Assembly (NCBI GenBank): GCA_963707915.1
Contig: OY970178.1
Span: forward strand, 1,504,001-1,568,000
Direction of reading: 5' to 3'
Origin: Candidatus Eiseniibacteriota bacterium
GTDB lineage: Bacteria > Eisenbacteria > RBG-16-71-46
Length of the DNA: 64,000 bases
The notes beneath the pieces are model-generated. The model worked only from the letters and a program-made list of their open reading frames with translations. It was not told the DNA's origin and did no database searches. The first letter of the stretch is position 1; each line of letters starts with the position of its first letter. The translations under genes were made by a program, and so were the position numbers. Positions 58,489 through 64,000 of the stretch are shown here, one piece after another.

Positions 58489-58600
58489 TGCGAGTTTCGG
58501 ACCATCGTGAATACCCAGATCGGAGCATCGTGAACACCTGGACCGGCATGGTGAACAGCCAGATCGGGATCGTGAACACCTAGATCGGTGATCGTGTACA
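58489..58600 (+). mobile_element. IS21-family terminal repeat region (orphan end)
   Basis: Starts TGCGAGTTTCGGACCATCGTGAA, followed by five abutting 21-23-bp units AT(C/G)GTGAACACC.AGATCGG (last one partial); no istA/istB follows. Confidence 0.7.
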
Positions 58601-58812
58601 GGCCATCTTGCCCCGGAGGGGGCAGGAGTCTGGTGCCTCAGCTCCGACCAGACGCTCGGCACCCGCGCAGCCAGTAAGCTCCGCGGCTGGGCCCACGCAC
58701 GCCGAATCCGTGCACTCCTTCAACCACCACCCGCTCCCCGAACGAGAGCACCTGAGCCCTCGGCGGATGTTGAACCCGGTCTTGCCTTCTTCAATCCCCC
58801 AAGAGCGACCTA

Positions 58813-59946
58813 CTAACGGGTAGCAAGCGCGGCATGCGCCTCCGCAACGCATTGCCGGAGACGGCAGAACGCCAGCAGGAAGTGCCTCCTGGGTTCGACG
58901 ACCGCCATGAGCCCTGCATGTGCGGAAGCAATCGCGAGGGGCAGTCGCCAACTCATGGTCGCATCATCCAGATTGTGTCCGAGACGTTGGATCTCTCTAT
59001 CGAGCGCGTCGGCGCACATCTGCCTACGGCGTTCAATGATACCTGAGCGCCTGCCAGTCCCCGTGCGGATCGCCCACGTCATCCGCCCGTCTGCCACCGT
59101 GACATCGAATGCCCTGCGCCCACGGCGCCCACCCTTGCTTCGCCGCGCCTCGTGGTTGATATAACCCAACACATCCAGCCAGTGGTACAACTTGCCCACG
59201 TCAAACAGATAGTCCGTTTCACCGGCCGCCGGGTTCGGGTCGATCAGCCGCAGTCGATGTCGTCGCACCTGTTCGCGAACGAGGATGTTGCCAAGGTGCA
59301 GGTCGCCATGCGCCCGTCGTACCGGCACGCACACGCGCCGCGAAGCGGCCGCCAGCACCCGCAGCGACGTCTGAAGCGGAGGTACGCCCCCCCCGCCGAT
59401 GGTCACAGGTCCCATGACCACCGCTGCACCATGTCTCTTGCGTGCGGCTGCCAGGCGCGTCCGAATCCGATGCACGTATGGAAGCTCGATAGTGCGCCTT
59501 CGGAGTCCCACACTGAGATGCTGAGTAATCTGCTGCATGGCGCTCGTGACGATGGGAGCGACGGCGGACGTCGGGCGCGGGTCCTCATAGACCAGGGTGT
59601 AGAGGGAGCGATAGCCCTCAAGACGCTCGATCAGCATCCCATGCCGGCCGTCACCCAAGGGGAACGTCCCGAGCACGGCTGGCGTCAGTCGCGGCTGCGT
59701 CGTACGAAACAGCTCCTCCATGAGCGCAGCCTGTTCCACGATTTCCTCGCCGCCGAGCTTCAGGACGACATGCAGTTCGATTCCAAGGTCAGCAACCAGC
59801 GGACTCATGAATCCATCCGAGTATGGGATCCCATCCCCGAGGCGTACGTTAGGCCCAAGGTCTGTGCGCTTCACTCCGTTGGCGACAAGCGCGATCAACT
59901 CCCGACGGACCTTCCCGAAGTCGTCCTTGCTCAGGAGCTTGCTCAT
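58813..59946 (-). CDS. APH/choline-kinase-like phosphotransferase
   Basis: VVLK, MLIERLEGY, AHGDLHLGNIL catalytic loop, LIDP, DYLFDVGKL; ATG 59946 after GAGG. Confidence 0.82.
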   Translation of the reverse strand: MSKLLSKDDFGKVRRELIALVANGVKRTDLGPNVRLGDGIPYSDGFMSPLVADLGIELHVVLKLGGEEIVEQAALMEELFRTTQPRLTPAVLGTFPLGDGRHGMLIERLEGYRSLYTLVYEDPRPTSAVAPIVTSAMQQITQHLSVGLRRRTIELPYVHRIRTRLAAARKRHGAAVVMGPVTIGGGGVPPLQTSLRVLAAASRRVCVPVRRAHGDLHLGNILVREQVRRHRLRLIDPNPAAGETDYLFDVGKLYHWLDVLGYINHEARRSKGGRRGRRAFDVTVADGRMTWAIRTGTGRRSGIIERRRQMCADALDREIQRLGHNLDDATMSWRLPLAIASAHAGLMAVVEPRRHFLLAFCRLRQCVAEAHAALATR

Positions 59947-60207
59947 GACACCCTCACAGGGTCTGCGCGACGACGAGTGATTCGCGACACTCTCTCGTGT
60001 CCCTGCCAGCCCCGCCCGTTCATGGCTCGGGCCAGCATGCAGACACGAGCAGCTCCCGTCCCGGAGCATGCGGCTGATGCAACCCGGCTCGCGTGTTTGC
60101 CACGATCCCGCCCGTCCCCGCGAGTAGGCCACGGTACTCCTGGCAGAGTGACATCACGTTGCTGCGCCCCCCACACGCGCCGCACGGAGACAGCGGCATC
60201 GGGTCCC

Positions 60208-61392
60208 TCAGGACCCGCCACGATCGGGGCCACTTTCCAGCGGGTGCACCGCACCGCCGGGCGGTCGCCCGAGCAGTTCATCGAGACGGTCGAGATCAGC
60301 ACTTGAGCAGATCCGCACGAGATCCTGCAGCTCGTTCGCGGTTTGCCAGATATCGCGAAGCCGGCGCATCTCGGAGCGCGACCGGCTTGCAGAGGTCCCA
60401 AGCCACCGAGGCATCTGATAGGCAATGCTCCCGTAGCCCCCCATCACCGACAGATCCTGATAGAGCCCTCTCTTCTGGAGGACGTTCCCCTCCACGAAGC
60501 TGATCGGGGCCCCGACGCGGCCGAACATCGTGGCCAGCCTTCGAAGGGACGCGGCCTGTGGCGTCCCTCGAAGTGCGTCAAACGACGACACCGTCACGAT
60601 CGTCTTGTATGAGCCAGGAGCTCTCTGCGCAGCCTCCATCGCGGTGTTGAGTAGGTGCGAGAATGGGCCAAAGGACTCCCAATAGTCGTAGCCCACTTGT
60701 TCGAGACTGGTGTCGAGGCAAAGGACCTCCCCACCGGATGGCAGTGTACACAGGTAGCCATGCTCCTCGAATGTCAGCAGTTCCGATTTGAGTAGCGCTA
60801 GCACTTCGGCGCGCTGTGACTTGAACCGTGGGAGGAGTGCGGGATCATCGTTCGCCGCTATGAGCTCGTCCATCTGACTGACCATTTCCTGGAGTCGCGA
60901 TCCCTCACCCACGCCGGGCAGAACCGTATATCCCGAGTCACCGAGAAGGAAGCAATAGAGTGGATGACTGTTGAGAAACGTGACGAGCTCCTGAACGTCC
61001 CAGATCAGAACGGTCGGACGTCCAGTGAACTGTTCGCCAAGGACGGCCGCTTCGTCATGGCATTGGGCCGAGCATCGGAAGTTGACGATCATGATGTAGT
61101 ACGCAGGAAGATGCAGGCGCCGCTCAAGCTCCGCCAGAGCTCGCGTCAGCAGTTGCAGGACACCACGCCGCGCAAGACTCTTCGTCCTGAACTTGAGCTG
61201 GAACACCCACTCGCCGCTCATGCCGGCGAAGTCTCCCCGACCAGGACCTGAGTAGGTTGCATCGCGTCCCCGGTCCTTCCCACTCACAGGATGAAGCCGC
61301 ACGCGCTCCGAGATGCGTCGCTTCAGCATCACAAGTGCGAGTTGATTGAAGGCGTCTTCCGTCAGGGTGGCGAGGCGCGCTTCGTCGATCAT
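60208..61392 (-). CDS. PD-(D/E)xK restriction-endonuclease-like N-terminal domain fused to an uncharacterised C-terminal domain
   Basis: LTEDAFNQLA..GKDRGRDA..WVFQLKF..YYIMIVN..IWDVQEL; ATGA overlap with the aminotransferase stop. Confidence 0.72.
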   Translation of the reverse strand: MIDEARLATLTEDAFNQLALVMLKRRISERVRLHPVSGKDRGRDATYSGPGRGDFAGMSGEWVFQLKFRTKSLARRGVLQLLTRALAELERRLHLPAYYIMIVNFRCSAQCHDEAAVLGEQFTGRPTVLIWDVQELVTFLNSHPLYCFLLGDSGYTVLPGVGEGSRLQEMVSQMDELIAANDDPALLPRFKSQRAEVLALLKSELLTFEEHGYLCTLPSGGEVLCLDTSLEQVGYDYWESFGPFSHLLNTAMEAAQRAPGSYKTIVTVSSFDALRGTPQAASLRRLATMFGRVGAPISFVEGNVLQKRGLYQDLSVMGGYGSIAYQMPRWLGTSASRSRSEMRRLRDIWQTANELQDLVRICSSADLDRLDELLGRPPGGAVHPLESGPDRGGS

Positions 61393-62510
61393 GGGTCTCG
61401 CTCGAAGGAGCCTCGGAGACGCGCGACTGCTTTGTGGAGATAGGGCACCGGTCGCGCGAAGACGATGCGCACGTGACGCGGGCATGGAGGCCAGAACGCC
61501 GTGCCCGGCAAGAGCACCACTTCTGCCCTCCGAATGGCGTGGCGGCATAGACGGCGGGCGTCCCATCCGGGCTTCACGACACGCGCCCAACAGAAGAGTC
61601 CGCCGTCCGGGGACCTCGGGAGGATGAGTCGCAAGAGACCTGAGCGCAGTGCGTCCACAAGAGCAGCGCGCGAACGGGCGAAACGGCCGGAGAGCAGGTC
61701 GAGCGGCGACCGCAGAAGATGCAGCGCAGCCTCCTGGCTGAGACCGGAAACACCGATACGCAGCGTTTCCGCTGTCGCCGCAAAGGCCCGTGAGAGCGCA
61801 CCCGACGCTGTGATCCACCCGATGCGGAGTCCGGGCGCACCGAATGTCTTCGACACGGAGTTCACCTTCACCAGCCACCCGTGCGCGAGGACCGCCCGCG
61901 GCTCGTGGCTTCGCGCACTCTCGTACAGGAACTCATCATAGACCTGATCGAGGATGAGAAACGTCCGGGCCCGCTCGCATTCTCGTGCCAGCCGAGTCAG
62001 AGTCGACTGCGCGTAGACGACGCCGGTCGGGTTGGATGGACAGTGGAGAAGCAGAGCTCTCGCCTGCCGCAATTGAGCGGCGGTCAAACGCTCGGGATGA
62101 CGAACCGGGACGGCATCCGCACCCAGCCGGTGGACGACTTGAGCGTAGAAGGCGAGCGCCGGAGCTTGGATCAGGACACGACAGCCACGTGACAGCACGC
62201 AGAGGAGGATGATGGACAATGCCTCGGACGCACCATTGGTGACGGTTATGTGCTCCGCGGACACATTAAGTGCGTACTTGCTGTTCTCCCGCGCGGCGAT
62301 GGAATCACGCAGCCGCGCGTCACCGCGGGTGTCCGGGTAGCTCCACGCACGGGACGCCGGAAGCCGCGGAAGCCCAATGCGCACCGACGGCACGGGCTCC
62401 GCCAGATCCAGAAGGGGGCGTCCGGTCGCCCGCGCCAGTCGGGCCAGGCCCTCCATGGGTGACGGGGAGCCACCCGACATCCACACCAAGCCGCGATGCG
62501 GTCGCATCAT
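61389..62510 (-). CDS. PLP-dependent class I/II aminotransferase, MrsB-like (beta-methylarginine biosynthesis)
   Basis: YPDTRG..LR, ITVTNGASEAL, PSNPTG, ILDQVY, NSVSKTFGAPGLRIGW (PLP Lys); ATGA-coupled to the MrsA-like gene. Confidence 0.85.
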   Translation of the reverse strand: MMRPHRGLVWMSGGSPSPMEGLARLARATGRPLLDLAEPVPSVRIGLPRLPASRAWSYPDTRGDARLRDSIAARENSKYALNVSAEHITVTNGASEALSIILLCVLSRGCRVLIQAPALAFYAQVVHRLGADAVPVRHPERLTAAQLRQARALLLHCPSNPTGVVYAQSTLTRLARECERARTFLILDQVYDEFLYESARSHEPRAVLAHGWLVKVNSVSKTFGAPGLRIGWITASGALSRAFAATAETLRIGVSGLSQEAALHLLRSPLDLLSGRFARSRAALVDALRSGLLRLILPRSPDGGLFCWARVVKPGWDARRLCRHAIRRAEVVLLPGTAFWPPCPRHVRIVFARPVPYLHKAVARLRGSFERDP

Positions 62511-63526
62511 CGACCCTGTAGCGCAAGGGCGTGCTCCAACTCTGTTGGGTCGAGCCGATGATCGACGATTGTCTCGGCCAAGAGGTTGAAGCCACATTCT
62601 GAGAACAGCGTGCGCCAGAACGTGAGAGGGCGCAGCGCCTGTCGAGTCAGCTCGTGGAGCAGGAAGTATCCGTTGTAGTACCCAAGTCCTGAGGGGGTGG
62701 CCATCGCGGCCGGCGCGGCGGCGCGGTCCACTTCGACCACGATGACGAGTGCTCGCGGATGCTCCTTCGCTAGCGTCGTCAGCAGGAGCCGCACGGCCTC
62801 TTCCCCGTAGGTCCCGAGCAGCTCGTGCAACAGGAAGGCAAAGACGAAGACGTCCGCCCCCTTGGATGACGCGCTGCTCAAGAAGTGGACCGCATCTTCG
62901 CAGACAACGCTGACGCGGTCCGTCAGCCCCATGCGTGCCACCAATGCCTCAGCGCCGGCCGTGCTCACCGTGTTCCCCTCGACACCGATCGCTCGGATAC
63001 TCGGTAGCGCGGTGCACAGATCCACCAGGTACTGCGCATTGCCACAGCCGACATCAACGACCAGCTTCGCGTGAGGGCGGAAGCGATTGACATGACCAAG
63101 CACAAGCGGAATGGAATCGTGCGCGCTGATGGCGCAGCTGGCTCGACTGACCTCCCCGATGTTGCGACGTTGCGGAATCGGCCCCGTGCGAAGCGCGTCA
63201 GGAATGTGCGCAAAGACATCGCCATACCCACCGCAGAAGAGCGTGAGCCACCCCTCATGGCTTCGGATGTCGGCAAGCAACTCCGTGGTCCAGTAGTGTC
63301 CGGACTCCTGCACGGCGAGCCCCTCGGTTACAAGGAACTCCAACACCGCCCGAGTGATCGAGGGATCGAACCCAAGCCGCTCAGCCACGGACTCAGACGT
63401 GGCGCCCTCGTGGGTGAGCGCTCCTGCAAGACCAGATGTCACGACCGCATTCAAGACGTGGGTAACAACATAACCCCTGGACTGTGCGAGCAAGTACGCG
63501 AGGCCGTTGCTTGGCGCGAGTGGCAT
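62507..63526 (-). CDS. mrsA: 2-ketoarginine methyltransferase (MrsA-like)
   Basis: Motifs shared with MrsA as recalled: EGW..L..GGY..F, SC.IS..D.IPL, DVGCGN..YL..C.ALP.I, F.LHE.LG..G..AV, EVD, YYN.Y.LLH..T.Q.L, D.T.LE. Confidence 0.82.
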   Translation of the reverse strand: MPLAPSNGLAYLLAQSRGYVVTHVLNAVVTSGLAGALTHEGATSESVAERLGFDPSITRAVLEFLVTEGLAVQESGHYWTTELLADIRSHEGWLTLFCGGYGDVFAHIPDALRTGPIPQRRNIGEVSRASCAISAHDSIPLVLGHVNRFRPHAKLVVDVGCGNAQYLVDLCTALPSIRAIGVEGNTVSTAGAEALVARMGLTDRVSVVCEDAVHFLSSASSKGADVFVFAFLLHELLGTYGEEAVRLLLTTLAKEHPRALVIVVEVDRAAAPAAMATPSGLGYYNGYFLLHELTRQALRPLTFWRTLFSECGFNLLAETIVDHRLDPTELEHALALQGR

Positions 63527-63696
63527 TGCGGCTCTTGTGCTCCTTCTCCGAGTAGGTTGGCTTGTCAATGGTCGTCGGCATCGAACCACATCTCAGAATG
63601 GTAGCCATCCCGGTGCGGGTATGCAGAACAGGCGTGCGCCGGCGCCGGCGCCACCAGCATAGGCATCCAGCGACTGCTCACTCGCTTTGTACTACT

Positions 63697-63999
63697 TCAT
63701 GTTTCGGTGGTGTCGCTCTCGCTCCTGTAGTAGGGGTCACCGGATCGCGACCACTCGACGACCTTGCGGTCGAGAAGCGTCTCGAATCGGAGCTTGCCAT
63801 CCATGATCGCGTCCCACTCTTCCCCGTCCATCAAGATGACTGCATGGTGCTCGCCCATTCGGCGCGCAGACTCCACAGCCGTGGACCTATAGCCTGACAT
63901 CGAGATGACGATGCCACGCACCTCAGCTTGCTTGAGCCTTGCCTCCAACCCGTCAAGATCGCTCTGATCCAGCGGCTCCTTCTGCCACTTGACCTCGAC
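63697..63999 (-). CDS. Mrr-like restriction endonuclease, C-terminal part (runs off the window)
   Basis: VEVKWQKEPL (ExK), RGIVISMSGY, VILMDGEE, LLDRK..SGDPY. Confidence 0.78.
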   Translation of the reverse strand, partial: VEVKWQKEPLDQSDLDGLEARLKQAEVRGIVISMSGYRSTAVESARRMGEHHAVILMDGEEWDAIMDGKLRFETLLDRKVVEWSRSGDPYYRSESDTTET

Positions 64000-64000
64000 G

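Noticed and set aside
58500..58600. Short regular repeats resembling a CRISPR array or iterons
   Set aside because: Units abut with no unique spacers, there are no cas or rep genes, and the TG-initiated context fits an IS21-type end better
59152..60306. 384-aa plus-strand ORF in the island
   Set aside because: It is antisense to the kinase, which has clear catalytic motifs, and has no recognisable features of its own
59943..60425. ORF ending in an ATGA overlap with the kinase, suggesting a frameshifted extension of the nuclease gene
   Set aside because: The translation has no recognisable motifs, and the nuclease ORF has its own plausible end at 60208
63563..63568. TTGACA upstream of the mrsA-like gene as a promoter
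   Set aside because: No acceptable -10 hexamer at 16-18 nt spacing
1..64000. tRNA, rRNA or integrase genes
   Set aside because: No cloverleaf/T-loop, rRNA-like sequence or recombinase motifs recognised by eye; tRNAscan-SE and Infernal would be needed to exclude them formally

Overview
Very GC-rich bacterial DNA. PorV/PorQ-like barrels, FlgD-Ig C-terminal domains and a type IVa pilus suggest an FCB-group diderm such as Ca. Eisenbacteria (inference only). 1-20.7 kb: housekeeping and envelope genes (heterodimeric ABC exporter, XRE-cupin regulator, acyl-CoA ligase, MacA/MacB-like pair, MntH-USP) and an Fn3/Fn3-FlgD/PorV-like operon. 21.5-33.7 kb: a complete type IVa pilus locus (pilT-like, MshEN-PilB, pilC, pilins, pilMNOPQ, pilD), then fabH, a PLD and an orphan Flp pilin. 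37-45.7 kb: a polysaccharide-modification cluster (flippase, GNAT, SGNH-like, ACP, acyl-CoA ligase, asnB-like, nadE-like) whose last three genes carry many indels. 45.8-54.2 kb: yaeQ, Uup-like ABC-F, C69 peptidase, GT-like protein, FG-GAP protein. From about 54.4 kb to the window end is a visibly lower-GC island with IS3 and IS21 remnants, a 1126-aa defence-like protein and an Mrr-like nuclease. The island also holds the most striking feature: homologues of the beta-methylarginine enzymes (MrsA-like 2-ketoarginine methyltransferase, MrsB-like aminotransferase) translationally coupled to a PD-(D/E)xK nuclease with a possible sensor domain, followed by an APH-like kinase and with no exporter. 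This is a candidate small-molecule-controlled defence or toxin-antitoxin system. All family assignments are by eye from recalled motifs; no searches were run.
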